Origin: a bacterium
Lineage (GTDB): Bacteria; Auribacterota; Erginobacteria; Erginobacterales; DAOSXE01
Direction: 5' to 3'
NCBI GenBank assembly: GCA_035380285.1
Contig: DAOSXE010000001.1
Location: forward strand, 27,552-91,551
Length of the DNA: 64,000 bases
Part shown: one piece after another, positions 46,110 through 56,364 of the stretch
Layout of the letters: every line of letters begins with the position of its first letter
Position numbering within the stretch: position 1 is the stretch's first letter
Position numbers and translations under genes: made by a program
Notes under the pieces: model-generated
Database searches by the model: none
What the model was told of the DNA's origin: nothing
The model's input: only the letters and a program-made list of their open reading frames with translations

Positions 46110-47302
46110 AGATGACCGAATCTGGAACCGTTGCCATCATTCATGCCATAATCCTGCGGCCCAACCGGGAGCCGCGGAAAGGAAGCATTCTCATCCGCGA
46201 CGGGAAGATCCAGGAACTCCTTCCCGATCAGCTTCCCAGTCTTTCCCGGAGCGTCCGCAAGATCAACGCCGAGCGTAATTTCGTCGCGCCCGGATTCATC
46301 GATCTGCACGTCCATGGCGCCGGCGGCCATCATTTCAGCGATCGGCCCTACCGGAATCTCTACGGAATTATCCGCACCCTCTACCGGTTCGGGACCACTT
46401 CCTGTCTGCCCACGCTTTCGGCGCTCTCGCCCGAAGAGATTCTCGAATATATCCGCTTCATCAAGGGTCCGGCGTCGAAATCGAAATACCGTTCGTCGAT
46501 TCTGGGCCTCAACCTGGAAGGACCTTTCATCAGCATCGGCAAGCGCGGAGCCCAGCCCCTGCGTTATATCCGCAAAGCCGACCCCGATTGCCTCCGGCAG
46601 TTCCTCAAGGAAGCCGACGGGTTGATTAAAATCATGACCCTGGCCCCGGAACTGCCGGGAGGAGAGGACCTGATATCGCTCCTGACCGCCAGCGGCGTGA
46701 TCGCGGCCATCGGCCATACCCAGGCCGGGTACGACGAGACCCGAAAAGCCGTGGAGCGGGGTTTGAACTACGCCACGCATATCTTCAACAGTTATCCGCC
46801 CCTGCACCACCGCGAACCCGGCGCCCTGGCCGCCATTCTCGAGGAAGAACTCGTCAACGCCGAATTGATCGCCGACGGGGTGCACGTTTCCCCGGTTCTG
46901 ATCCGGCTTCTGTTCCGGCTCAAGGCCTTCGAAAGGATTCACCTGGTCACCGACGGCACCGCCGCCATGGGGAAGAAGCTGGCCAAGTTCACGATGGGAG
47001 GGAGGGACGTCTCCGTCGCCGACGGCCGGGCCAGCCTGAACGACGGCACCCTGGTGGGATCGGTTCTTCCCATGAACCAGGCCCTGAAGAATCTGGTCGA
47101 ATACACGTCGGTTCCGCTCTCGCGGGCCATCTCTCTGGCTACGCTCCATCCGGCCCGCGTGCTGGGCATCGATCACGTCAAGGGAGACCTGGGCGAGGGC
47201 ATGGACGCCGATCTGGTCATCTTCGACCGCAAATTCACCGTCAAGCGGACCATGGTCGGGGGAAAAGAAGTGTTTCCCCATCCTCCCGGATCGGGGAAAT
47301 GA
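46106..47302 (+). CDS. nagA: N-acetylglucosamine-6-phosphate deacetylase
   Basis: Amidohydrolase motifs PGFIDLHVHGAGG, HTQAGYDE and ATHIFNSYPPLHHREPG. ATGA overlap with folC. Confidence 0.8.
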   Translation: MKMTESGTVAIIHAIILRPNREPRKGSILIRDGKIQELLPDQLPSLSRSVRKINAERNFVAPGFIDLHVHGAGGHHFSDRPYRNLYGIIRTLYRFGTTSCLPTLSALSPEEILEYIRFIKGPASKSKYRSSILGLNLEGPFISIGKRGAQPLRYIRKADPDCLRQFLKEADGLIKIMTLAPELPGGEDLISLLTASGVIAAIGHTQAGYDETRKAVERGLNYATHIFNSYPPLHHREPGALAAILEEELVNAELIADGVHVSPVLIRLLFRLKAFERIHLVTDGTAAMGKKLAKFTMGGRDVSVADGRASLNDGTLVGSVLPMNQALKNLVEYTSVPLSRAISLATLHPARVLGIDHVKGDLGEGMDADLVIFDRKFTVKRTMVGGKEVFPHPPGSGK

Positions 47303-47538
47303 TCCGGTTCGTTTTCAGGACGGCGGCTCTCCTGGTCCTGGCGGCCCTGGTATACGGACTGGTGCTTCTCTACCGGGAACAGCCGGAAGAAGAACAGGAG
47401 GCGATCCGGGCGCGGGTGTGGGGGGCCTTCCGCGATATCTCCCTGACCCTGGGCAAAGCCGGACGCCGTACCGTGGAACAGGGGATCGGCCTTATCTCCG
47501 GGGCCGAAGAGAAGCCGGGCACGGAAAACGGGGAGTGA
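47299..47538 (+). CDS. Small single-pass membrane protein (hypothetical)
   Basis: ATGA-coupled to nagA. One TM helix (AALLVLAALVYGLVLLY), then acidic tail. Confidence 0.35.
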   Translation: MIRFVFRTAALLVLAALVYGLVLLYREQPEEEQEAIRARVWGAFRDISLTLGKAGRRTVEQGIGLISGAEEKPGTENGE

Positions 47539-47583
47539 CCCGCCGGCCGCGTTCCCCCTCCCGCGGAGATACGAGCGCCCCCT

Positions 47584-48897
47584 CTAGCCCGGGCGCGCTT
47601 CCGGGGTCGGTCTTTTCCCGACGATTTTTCCGATAAGCCCGATCAGGAGGAGAACGGCTCCGGTCCCGACGGCCAGGGTTTCGGCCGGAATTCCCGGTGG
47701 GGGGACGACCGCGAGCATGGGATCGAGAGCGATGAGAGCGAACCCCGCGGCCCCCAAAAAAATCTGCCATCCTTTCGCGGGGGGAGAGGTCAGGATCAAA
47801 GCCGCGGGAACGGCGAGAAGATAGTAATGGATCCAGACCAGGCGGGAGGAAAGGATGAAGACCAGTGCGCCCAGGGCGATCGCCGCCTGCCAGGAAGAGG
47901 AAAAAATCTCGGGGCTCCTCATCCGCCGGCGCGCGCCGGCGGCGACGGCCGCCGCCGCGACCCCGAAGAGCCCGAGCGCCAGGGGAATGCTCAGATCGGT
48001 GCCGGCCCAACGGGAGAAGTACCAGCCCGGGGCGTAATTTCCCAGGCGGGGAGGGATGATGTCGGGAGGCATGGCCGCCGCCGCTTCCACCCATCGTTTC
48101 CAGCACCCGATCCCGCCCCAGGCGACGGCGGCGGCGGCCACGGCCGTGGCCCCTCCCAGCGCGGCCCCGGCGAAGAAGCGTCCGGCCGCGGCCGTCTTCC
48201 TCCAGGCCAGGAGCGACACCGCCGCCAACCCCGCCGCCGGCGCCAGGTTGGGTTTGAAAGCCACCGCCAGGCCCAGAAGAAACCCGGCGAGCCCGTACCC
48301 GGCCGGGCCGTCGCGCGCACCCGCCCAGAAAACCGCTCCCAGCATCCCCAATTGGAGACGGTTGACGTTGGCGGCCCTGAGATCGGCTGCCGCCGGCTGA
48401 TAGGCGAGGAGGAGGAGCAGCAGCAGCAGGGGAGGGATCCAGGGCCGGGAACGGGCGGCGGCGCCGCCGGCCGCGGCGAAGACGACCAGGGCCGCCGTGC
48501 CCGCCAGCTGGAAGAGATCGAGCGCCCGGGAGTAGGGAAGCAGGGCCAGAGGAGAGAACAGAGCGTAGAGAAAGGGAGAAGAGTAGACTTCCAACTCCCG
48601 GCGAAAGCCCGCGGCCGCCCGCCACCGCCGGTCGGTTCCGGCGTACGGAAATTCCCGGACCACGCGGTCTTCCCAGCTCTCCCCCTTTCCTCGACCATAG
48701 AGGTCGAGGGGCGCCCCTCCGGCCATAATCCTGCCCACGGACCAGTATTGATAAAAATCGATCCCCTCGTAGCGCCCCGCCGAAGCCGCGACCAGCCCGG
48801 CCGCAAGCAGGGAGAGAGACCAGAGTACGGTAGTGACGACGGAACCCGCCCGGTTTATCATAGTGACCGCAGACCGGAAGAAATTGGAAGACCCCAT
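47584..48897 (-). CDS. DUF2029 / GT87-family integral membrane glycosyltransferase-like protein
   Basis: Multi-pass, motifs AFKPNLAP and VWIHYYLL characteristic of DUF2029. Alternative start at MINRAG (48861). Confidence 0.6.
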   Translation of the reverse strand: MGSSNFFRSAVTMINRAGSVVTTVLWSLSLLAAGLVAASAGRYEGIDFYQYWSVGRIMAGGAPLDLYGRGKGESWEDRVVREFPYAGTDRRWRAAAGFRRELEVYSSPFLYALFSPLALLPYSRALDLFQLAGTAALVVFAAAGGAAARSRPWIPPLLLLLLLLAYQPAAADLRAANVNRLQLGMLGAVFWAGARDGPAGYGLAGFLLGLAVAFKPNLAPAAGLAAVSLLAWRKTAAAGRFFAGAALGGATAVAAAAVAWGGIGCWKRWVEAAAAMPPDIIPPRLGNYAPGWYFSRWAGTDLSIPLALGLFGVAAAAVAAGARRRMRSPEIFSSSWQAAIALGALVFILSSRLVWIHYYLLAVPAALILTSPPAKGWQIFLGAAGFALIALDPMLAVVPPPGIPAETLAVGTGAVLLLIGLIGKIVGKRPTPEARPG

Positions 48898-50578
48898 GCC
48901 TTTCGCCGATAATCTACCACGTACCGCCGCCCGAGGCCAGCCGCTCCCGCCGTGCCGGGTCTCATTCCCGGCGGCGGCGCTGCTGCTGCTGGCGGCTCTG
49001 GTCGTCTATTACCCCTGCCTGGGGGGCGGGTTCTTTCTCGACGACGGTATCCACATCGCCGGCCCCGCCGGGCCGATCCGCTCTCCGGGTTGGCCGGAGC
49101 TGCTTGACCGCCCGTTCTTCACGATCCCGGGGACGGGAGCGGGGCAATACTACCGCCCGGCCGCGCTGGCGGCCTACAAACTCATTCTGGGAGCGGCCGG
49201 GGACAACCCGGTTCCGTTTCATCTGGTCAACGTCGTTCTGCACGCCGCCGCCGGCGCCCTCGTCGCTTCCCTGGCGGCGCGCTGGCTCGGTTCGGCTCCG
49301 GGCGGTCTGGCCGCGGGGCTTTTCTTTCTCGTCCATCCTCTCCAGGCGGAGGAGGTGGCCTATATTTCGGGGATGGGCGGGCTGCTGGCGGCGCTGGGCA
49401 TGCTCCTTTCCCTGCGCCTGCTCCTGGGGGCGGCCGGGAAAGGCACGGTGGCGGTCTCGACGGGCGTCTATGCCTGCGCGCTTCTGAGCAAGGAGTCGGC
49501 CCTGTTGTTCCCGGTCTGGGCGGCGCTGCTGATCTGGGCCGAAACCCCCGGCATGTGCGGATTGAAGCGGCTTCGTCTGCTCCTCCCCCATTGCCTGGCG
49601 GCGGGTCTGTATCTCGCCCTGCGCGCTTGGTTTCTGCCGGGGATCGCCTTTCTCGGGTCCGCCGGAGGGCCGGGGCCGGCGGCCGGGATCCCGGCTTCCG
49701 CCCGGGGGCTCCTGGAAAGCGCCCGGCTGGTCCTTCTCCCCGGCGGACTTCATCTTTTCCGGTCCCTTCCCCTAAAAGGGGCTCCGGCTGCCGCCGCCGC
49801 CGGAGCGGCCCTGGCGGCGGGTGGAGCGGTGCTTTATGCGAGCCGGTTGGCCCGCCCCCGCGACCTTCCTTTCTGGCCGGCTGCCGGCGCCGTCTGGTTT
49901 CTGGCGGCGATGGCTCCCTTCGCCGGGATCAAACCGCTGCTGCTGCAGCCGGGCGTGGTCTTCTGGGGAGAGCATTTCCACTATCTGGCCCTGGGTGGGG
50001 CGGCGCTGCTGTTCGCCGGAGCGTTCCGAGCCGCAGCCCGGTGCGCCCGCGTTTCCGCCCGGCTGGGAGCGGGAACGATCCTCGTCCTTCTCGCCGTTCT
50101 TTCCCAACGGCAGGCCGCGCTCTGGGGCGCGCCCCCGCTTCTGGCGGCCGGGGCCGCCGCCGCCGAGCCCCGGCTGTTTCGGACCCGGGCCGTCCTGGCC
50201 GATGTGCTTTCTTCCCGCGGCCGCTACGCCGAAGCCGTCGAGGAATACGCCGCGGCCCGAGAGAACCTGCGCCGCAGCGCGAACCCGGTTTCCGAGTCCG
50301 GCTACGCCCCCCTGGAGCGGAAGCTGTTGTACGGATATCTGCTCGGCTCCTGTTACGCCCAGGGGCGCCAGGGGCACTATCTGGAGGCGGCACGATCCGC
50401 CGCCGCCGCCTGGGGCCTGTTCCCGGAGGATAGCCTGGCGGCCTCGTATTTTTTTTCCGCTCTGGCGGAAGCGTGGAAATCAGGGGTGCTAGGGAAGTCG
50501 AGGTACCCCGGCGATTTTTCGGACCTGAAGACCATATGGAAAAACTTCTCCGGGCGGCCTTCGCCGCCGCCGGCTTAG
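48896..50578 (+). CDS. TMTC-like DUF1736 membrane protein with C-terminal TPR region; paralog 2 of 3
   Basis: GGGFFLDDGIHIAG ... YYRPAALAAYKL ... NVVLHAAAGALVASL ... HPLQAEEVAYISG, then TPR-like C-terminus. Start at MPFADN; ORF-track start 63 nt earlier. Confidence 0.65.
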   Translation: MPFADNLPRTAARGQPLPPCRVSFPAAALLLLAALVVYYPCLGGGFFLDDGIHIAGPAGPIRSPGWPELLDRPFFTIPGTGAGQYYRPAALAAYKLILGAAGDNPVPFHLVNVVLHAAAGALVASLAARWLGSAPGGLAAGLFFLVHPLQAEEVAYISGMGGLLAALGMLLSLRLLLGAAGKGTVAVSTGVYACALLSKESALLFPVWAALLIWAETPGMCGLKRLRLLLPHCLAAGLYLALRAWFLPGIAFLGSAGGPGPAAGIPASARGLLESARLVLLPGGLHLFRSLPLKGAPAAAAAGAALAAGGAVLYASRLARPRDLPFWPAAGAVWFLAAMAPFAGIKPLLLQPGVVFWGEHFHYLALGGAALLFAGAFRAAARCARVSARLGAGTILVLLAVLSQRQAALWGAPPLLAAGAAAAEPRLFRTRAVLADVLSSRGRYAEAVEEYAAARENLRRSANPVSESGYAPLERKLLYGYLLGSCYAQGRQGHYLEAARSAAAAWGLFPEDSLAASYFFSALAEAWKSGVLGKSRYPGDFSDLKTIWKNFSGRPSPPPA

Positions 50579-50591
50579 AAAGCGGGGTTCC

Positions 50592-51941
50592 ATGGCCGAA
50601 CGGTATTCGTTTTTTCTGCGCACCTACGGATGTCAGATGAACCGGCACGATTCCGCGCGGATCGCCGGAGCGCTGGAGAGGGCGGGGTTTGTGCGGGTCG
50701 AGGACGACCGGGACGCGCGGATCGTCCTTCTCAACACCTGCAGCGTCCGGGATCACGCAGAAGAGCGGGTCCGGGGGAAACTCCACGAATACGCCCACCG
50801 CAAAGCCGCCGATCCCGCCCTGGTGGTCGGAGTCCTGGGCTGCATGGCCGAGATCCGGGGGAGCGAACTCGCGGGGCGTTTTCCTGCCGTCGACCTGGTG
50901 GTGGGGCCCGGGCGTTTTTCGGAGATCGGCGCTCTCCTTCGCCGGGTACTGGGAGAGCGGGACCGGATCGTCGCCCCCGGGACCGGGCGGGACGAGGCTT
51001 TCTTTTCCCTGGAGCCGTCGCGTTCCCCCGGGCCCCGCGCGTCCATCACCATCATGCGCGGCTGCGATAATTTCTGTTCGTACTGCATCGTCCCCTTCAG
51101 CCGGGGCCGGGAATGGAGCCGTCCTCCCCGCGATATTCTGGCCGAGGCGCGCCGGGCGGCGGCTGCCGGGTGCCGGGAAATCACCCTGTTGGGACAAAAC
51201 GTCAATTCCTACCGGGGCCGGTCCGGGGACGGGAGCACGGCCGACTTTCCCGATCTGCTTCTCCTGTTGGACGGGGTGGAGGGGGTGAAACGGATCCGGT
51301 TCGTGACTTCGCACCCCAAGGACATCTCCGAAAGCCTGATCCAGGCGGTTCGGGAACTGAAGAGCGTTTGCGAAGACATCCATTTTCCGGCCCAGTCCGG
51401 GTCGGACCGGATTCTGAGCCTCATGAACCGGGGGTATTCGCGGGAAGAGTACCTGGAAAAGGCGGCGCGGCTGCGCCGGCAAATACCCGGGGTTTCCCTG
51501 CGTTCGGATTTTATTGTAGGATTTCCCAGCGAGACCGAAACCGATTACCTCCGGACGCTGGACCTGATGGAGCGGGCGCGGTTCTCCCAGGTGTTCGCCT
51601 TCACCTACTCGCCGCGCCCCGGAACGGCCGCCGCCCGGCTCGACGACGACGTCGGGCCGGAGGAGAAGTCGAGACGTCTCGATGCGCTGCTGCGGCTCCA
51701 GCAGCGGATCGGCGCGGAGGAAAACGAGCTTTTCGTGGGAGAAACGGTGGAAGTGATGCATGAAGGCCGCAACCGCCTCCGCCCCGAACGGGGGCAGGGC
51801 CGCGCCCGGGACGGGAGGATGGTTTTCTACCCCTTGACCCGGGCCCACCCGCCCGGATCGCTGCTGAGGATCGCGATCGCGGCCTCGACGCCCCTGAGCC
51901 TCTTCGGAGAAACCGTGACGGAGCGCCCGGCGCATGACTGA
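50592..51941 (+). CDS. miaB: tRNA methylthiotransferase, MiaB family (radical SAM)
   Basis: MTTase N-domain YGCQMNRHDS. Radical-SAM CxxxCxxC (CDNFCSYC). C-terminal TRAM. Confidence 0.85.
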   Translation: MAERYSFFLRTYGCQMNRHDSARIAGALERAGFVRVEDDRDARIVLLNTCSVRDHAEERVRGKLHEYAHRKAADPALVVGVLGCMAEIRGSELAGRFPAVDLVVGPGRFSEIGALLRRVLGERDRIVAPGTGRDEAFFSLEPSRSPGPRASITIMRGCDNFCSYCIVPFSRGREWSRPPRDILAEARRAAAAGCREITLLGQNVNSYRGRSGDGSTADFPDLLLLLDGVEGVKRIRFVTSHPKDISESLIQAVRELKSVCEDIHFPAQSGSDRILSLMNRGYSREEYLEKAARLRRQIPGVSLRSDFIVGFPSETETDYLRTLDLMERARFSQVFAFTYSPRPGTAAARLDDDVGPEEKSRRLDALLRLQQRIGAEENELFVGETVEVMHEGRNRLRPERGQGRARDGRMVFYPLTRAHPPGSLLRIAIAASTPLSLFGETVTERPAHD

Positions 51942-54564
51942 ACTTTCCCCCGGCAAAGACACCCCCATGCTCCGCCAGTATCGGGCGGTCAAGAACCAGG
52001 CCCCGGGAGCGATCCTGCTTTTCCGACTCGGCGATTTTTACGAAATGTTCGGAGAAGACGCCCGCCGGGCGGCCCCGGTGCTGGAGATCGCCCTGACCGC
52101 CCGCAACACCATGCCCATGTGCGGCATTCCTTACCATGCCGCCACCGGGTATATCGCCAAGCTGGTCAAGGCGGGGTTCAAGGTCGCCGTCTGCGACCAG
52201 GTCGAGGATCCCCGGCAGGCCCGGGGCATCGTCCGCCGGGAGATCACCCGGATCATCACCCCGGGGACGATGGTGGAAGAGGAACTGCTCGACCAGGCCC
52301 GCGCCAACTATCTGGCCTCGGTCTGCCGGCTGGGCTCGGTGTTCGGCCTGGCCTCTCTGGAAATTTCCACCGGGGAGTTCCGGACCACGGAGATCGGGAC
52401 CGTGGAACAGCTCCTGGACGAATTGATCGGCCTGCGCCCGGGCGAACTGCTGCTCCCCCCCTCGCTCGAGGAAGAAGTGGGGAAGCCGCTGCAGGCGCAG
52501 CTCGGATCCGGCCCCCTGTTGACTACGGTCGAGGAATGGAAATTCGATTACGAGATGGCGTACGAAACCCTCAACCGTCAGTTCGGGACCGCCTCGCTGG
52601 ACGGTTTCGGCTGCGCCGCCATGATCCCCGGGATCGCCGCCGCGGGCGCGGTCATGGAGTATGCCCGGGAAAACCTGCGCCGGCCCGTCGGCCATATCCA
52701 CCACCTGATCGCCTACGAGACGGGACATTACATGGTTCTGGACGCCGCCACCCGTTCCAGCCTGGAGTTGGTGGAACCCTTACGCGGGACCGACGACACC
52801 GCCACCCTCCTGGGCGCGGTGCGAAGGACCGTAACTCCCATGGGCGCCCGGCTGCTGCGGGAATGGCTGGTTCGCCCCCTGGTCGATCCCGCCGCCATCT
52901 CCCGCCGCCTCGAAACCGTGGAAGGGCTGATTTCCCGCCGCGATATTCTGACGTCCGTCCGGAGCCGCCTGAAGGAAGTGCGGGATCTGCAACGGTTGAT
53001 CGCCCGGATCGCCTGCGGAACCCCGAACCCCCGGGACCTGGGCGCCGTCCGTCAGTCGTTGAAGGCCGTGCCCGGGTTCAGGGAAGAACTCGCGGGGTTC
53101 GCGGACGGGATATGGGAGGATATCCGCGCCGGGCTCCATGATTTCACTTCCCTCGTGGAACTTCTGGAACGGGGCCTGGTCGACACGCCACCCCTTTCTC
53201 CCGGCGACGGCGGGGTGATCCGGGAAGGTTTCGACGGCGAATTGGACGGGATCCGCCGGCTGGCCCGCGAAGGCAAGGATTGGATCAGCCGCTATCAGGC
53301 GGAGGAAATCGAACGCACGGGAGTCAAGTCGCTCAAGGTCCGCTACAACAGGGTGTTCGGATATTTCATCGAGATCACCAAAGCCAACCTCGCCTCGGTT
53401 CCGGATCATTATCTGAGAAAGCAGACCCTGGCCAACGCCGAACGCTTCATCACCGACGAACTGAAGGAGTACGAAGACAAGGTCCTGGGCGCGCAGGAAC
53501 GCGCCGCCGCCATGGAGTACGCCCTCTTCGAGAAACTCCGGGACGCCGTGCGGGAACGGGAACGGCTTATCCAGGAGACGGCGGGTTCGCTGGCCCTTCT
53601 CGACGTCGCCGCCGGTTTTGCCGATACCGCCCTTGCGCACAACTTCGTCCGGCCCATTGTCGAGGAGAGCGGGGTCCTGACGATAAGGAACGGAAGGCAC
53701 CCGGTCGTGGAACAGACCGTGGCCGCCGGCAATTTCGTGGGGAACGACACCGAGATGGACGGAGCAGAGAGCCAGATTCATATCATCACCGGGCCCAACA
53801 TGGCCGGGAAGTCCACCTATATCCGGCAGGTGGCCCTGATCGTTCTTCTCGCCCAGACCGGCAGCTTCGTGCCCGCCGATTATGCCCGGATCGGGTGCGC
53901 CGACCGGATTTTCGCCCGTGTCGGCGCCTCGGACGACCTCTCCCGCGGCCAGAGCACGTTCATGGTGGAAATGACCGAAACCGCCAATATCCTGCACCAC
54001 GCCACGCCCCGCAGCCTGATCATCCTCGACGAGATCGGACGCGGGACCAGCACGTTCGACGGGATTTCGATCGCCTGGGCCGTGGCCGAGTATCTGCATA
54101 ACCGTCCGGCCCGCAAAGCCAGGACCCTGTTCGCCACTCACTACCACGAACTGACGGAGCTGGAACTCACGCTTCCCGGGGTGAAGAACTTCAACGTGGC
54201 CGTGAGGGAATGGAACGACCGGGTGATCTTCCTGCGCAAGGTGGTGCCCGGAGGCACCGACCGAAGCTACGGCATCCAGGTGGCGCGGTTGGCCGGGCTG
54301 CCCCGAGCGGTTATCGAACGGGCCAACCGGATACTTTCCGGACTCGAGTCCGGCACGCTCTCGGCCGACGGGAAACCGAAGTTCGCCGTTTCCCTCCCCT
54401 CTCCGGATACCGGCGGCCAGCAACTGACGTTGTTCGAGACCGAAACCGATCCGGTCGTGGACGAGCTGCGTTCGATGCGGCTGGAATTCATGACGCCCTT
54501 CGAGGCGATGCAGAGGCTCAAGGAGCTGAAAGACCGTCTCGACCGGAGTGGCTGCCGCGGATAA
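51934..54564 (+). CDS. mutS: DNA mismatch repair protein MutS
   Basis: 876 aa. N-terminal mismatch-binding TPMLRQYRAVK ... GDFYEMF. Walker A GPNMAGKSTYIRQ. HTH C-terminus. Confidence 0.95.
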   Translation: MTELSPGKDTPMLRQYRAVKNQAPGAILLFRLGDFYEMFGEDARRAAPVLEIALTARNTMPMCGIPYHAATGYIAKLVKAGFKVAVCDQVEDPRQARGIVRREITRIITPGTMVEEELLDQARANYLASVCRLGSVFGLASLEISTGEFRTTEIGTVEQLLDELIGLRPGELLLPPSLEEEVGKPLQAQLGSGPLLTTVEEWKFDYEMAYETLNRQFGTASLDGFGCAAMIPGIAAAGAVMEYARENLRRPVGHIHHLIAYETGHYMVLDAATRSSLELVEPLRGTDDTATLLGAVRRTVTPMGARLLREWLVRPLVDPAAISRRLETVEGLISRRDILTSVRSRLKEVRDLQRLIARIACGTPNPRDLGAVRQSLKAVPGFREELAGFADGIWEDIRAGLHDFTSLVELLERGLVDTPPLSPGDGGVIREGFDGELDGIRRLAREGKDWISRYQAEEIERTGVKSLKVRYNRVFGYFIEITKANLASVPDHYLRKQTLANAERFITDELKEYEDKVLGAQERAAAMEYALFEKLRDAVRERERLIQETAGSLALLDVAAGFADTALAHNFVRPIVEESGVLTIRNGRHPVVEQTVAAGNFVGNDTEMDGAESQIHIITGPNMAGKSTYIRQVALIVLLAQTGSFVPADYARIGCADRIFARVGASDDLSRGQSTFMVEMTETANILHHATPRSLIILDEIGRGTSTFDGISIAWAVAEYLHNRPARKARTLFATHYHELTELELTLPGVKNFNVAVREWNDRVIFLRKVVPGGTDRSYGIQVARLAGLPRAVIERANRILSGLESGTLSADGKPKFAVSLPSPDTGGQQLTLFETETDPVVDELRSMRLEFMTPFEAMQRLKELKDRLDRSGCRG

Positions 54565-54630
54565 AAACTGTTATATTATTGTACAGTCTCCTGCGAAAAC
54601 GGTCGTACCGGAAGGGAACGAAGGCGATAT

Positions 54631-56364
54631 ATGAAGCAACCCGATCTGCGGTGGATGCGCCGGGAATATTCCCTGAGCCGGGTAGTGATGGAGAACACCC
54701 TGGTCGGGACCTGCATGGGTCTGCTGGTAGGACTGCTGCTGCGCGGCTGCCTCCCCCAACTCAACCAGATCAACCTCGATTGGGTGATCTTCATCCTGAT
54801 CGGCATGATCATCGGCCTGCTCAGCGGCTTCGAACGGAAGCGCCAGGCCCAGATGGAAAAGAAAAAAAACCTGCTGGAGAAAGAGGTCCGGGAAAGCCGG
54901 GGCGCCCTGGTCACCACCGAAGACCGCTATAAGAACCTCTTCGACAACGCCAACGACGTGATCATGGTTCTCGACAGCGACGGCCGGTTCGTCGAGGTCA
55001 ACGGGAAGTTCCGGGATATCCTCGGATATGAAGCGGCCGAATGGCTGGGCCGTTCCTTCTACGATCTGATTACGGCCGCCTGCCGCGACGTCGCCATCAA
55101 GAACTACTGGGAAACGCTCAAGGGCGGAGCGCCCCGGTTCGAACTGGACGCGGTTCACGCCGGGGGAAGCACCATCAACCTCGCCTGCGCCAATTCGCCG
55201 GTCCGCGACCGGGAAGGGGAGGTGATCGGGGCCATGATCATCGCCCGCGACATTTCCGAGAGCAAGAACCTGGAGGAACTGCAGAACCGCTTCATCTCCC
55301 ATGCCTCCCACGAGCTCAGGACTCCGCTCACCGCCATGCGGGAGTTCGCGTCGCTGCTCATCGACGGGGTGGCCGGGGAACTGAACGAGGACCAGAAAAA
55401 GTACCTGGAGCGGGTGGAAGCGAATATCGACCGTCTGGCCCGGATCATCGACAATCTTCTCCTCATGTCCCAGGCCGAGCAGGAAAAGATCGTGCTGGAC
55501 AAGAGACAGCTCGATTTCGGGGAAGTCCTGGCCCAGGTCAAGGAGGATTACCAGGCCGCCGCCGCCAAAAAGCGCCAGGATCTCACGCTCAACCTGGGGG
55601 AAGAAATGCCCCGGATTCTCTTCGATCCGGACCGGGTGATCCAGGTCCTGATCAACCTTCTCGGCAACGCCATGAAATTCACCCCCGACGGGGGCCGGAT
55701 CGAACTGGGGGCGCGGCGCGACGGAGCCAGCCTGGTCGCCTGGGTCAAGGACAACGGGGTGGGGATCAAGTCCGAAGACCATGAAAGGATATTCGACCGG
55801 TTTCAGCAGATCCGTGACGGGCACAAGTTCGGCCGCAAGGGAGCCGGGCTGGGGCTGGCCATATCCCGCGAGATTATCCGGCTGCACCGGGGGGAGATGT
55901 GGGTGGAGAGCGAGGTGGGGCAGGGCAGCACCTTCTATTTTTCTCTTCCCATCACCCAGGCCCCCAAGGTGCTCCTGGTGGACGACGACCCCGACCTAGT
56001 GGAGATGTACAAGGATTTTCTCACCCCCTACCACTACCGGGTGATAACCGCCTACAACGGAGAGGAAGCCATCCGCAAAGCCGTGGCCGAAGTCCCCGAC
56101 CTGGTGGTGTTGGACATCGTGATGCCGAGGATGAACGGTTACGAGGTGATGGGACGCCTCCGGGAGTCGCAGACCACCTGCGGGATCAGGGTCGTCATTC
56201 TCACCGGCTACGGCCTCGACGAGAAGCGCCTGGCCGCCTACGGCGACCGGGCCATTCCGGCCCTGCGCAAGCCCGTGAGCATGAACGAATTCGTCAAGGT
56301 GGTGCAGGGAGAACTGGAAAAGCGAGAGGAAGAACTGTTGGAAGGAGAGAAAGCCGGTGAGTGA
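54631..56364 (+). CDS. Hybrid sensor histidine kinase (2 TM, PAS, HisKA, HATPase_c, C-terminal REC); PilS-like position
   Basis: H-box ISHASHELRTPLTAM. N/G boxes LINLLGNAMKFT and GAGLGLAISREI. Receiver VLLVDDDPDLVEM ... VVLDIVMPRMNG. Confidence 0.85.
   Translation: MKQPDLRWMRREYSLSRVVMENTLVGTCMGLLVGLLLRGCLPQLNQINLDWVIFILIGMIIGLLSGFERKRQAQMEKKKNLLEKEVRESRGALVTTEDRYKNLFDNANDVIMVLDSDGRFVEVNGKFRDILGYEAAEWLGRSFYDLITAACRDVAIKNYWETLKGGAPRFELDAVHAGGSTINLACANSPVRDREGEVIGAMIIARDISESKNLEELQNRFISHASHELRTPLTAMREFASLLIDGVAGELNEDQKKYLERVEANIDRLARIIDNLLLMSQAEQEKIVLDKRQLDFGEVLAQVKEDYQAAAAKKRQDLTLNLGEEMPRILFDPDRVIQVLINLLGNAMKFTPDGGRIELGARRDGASLVAWVKDNGVGIKSEDHERIFDRFQQIRDGHKFGRKGAGLGLAISREIIRLHRGEMWVESEVGQGSTFYFSLPITQAPKVLLVDDDPDLVEMYKDFLTPYHYRVITAYNGEEAIRKAVAEVPDLVVLDIVMPRMNGYEVMGRLRESQTTCGIRVVILTGYGLDEKRLAAYGDRAIPALRKPVSMNEFVKVVQGELEKREEELLEGEKAGE

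Noticed and set aside
47827-48912. 361-aa plus-strand ORF antisense to the DUF2029/GT87 gene
   Set aside because: Low-complexity product; the minus-strand product is a coherent multi-pass membrane protein with DUF2029 motifs.
49929-54423. Long minus-strand ORFs (49929..51992, 52780..54423) antisense to TMTC paralog 2, miaB and mutS
   Set aside because: Span multiple confidently called plus-strand genes; no motifs.
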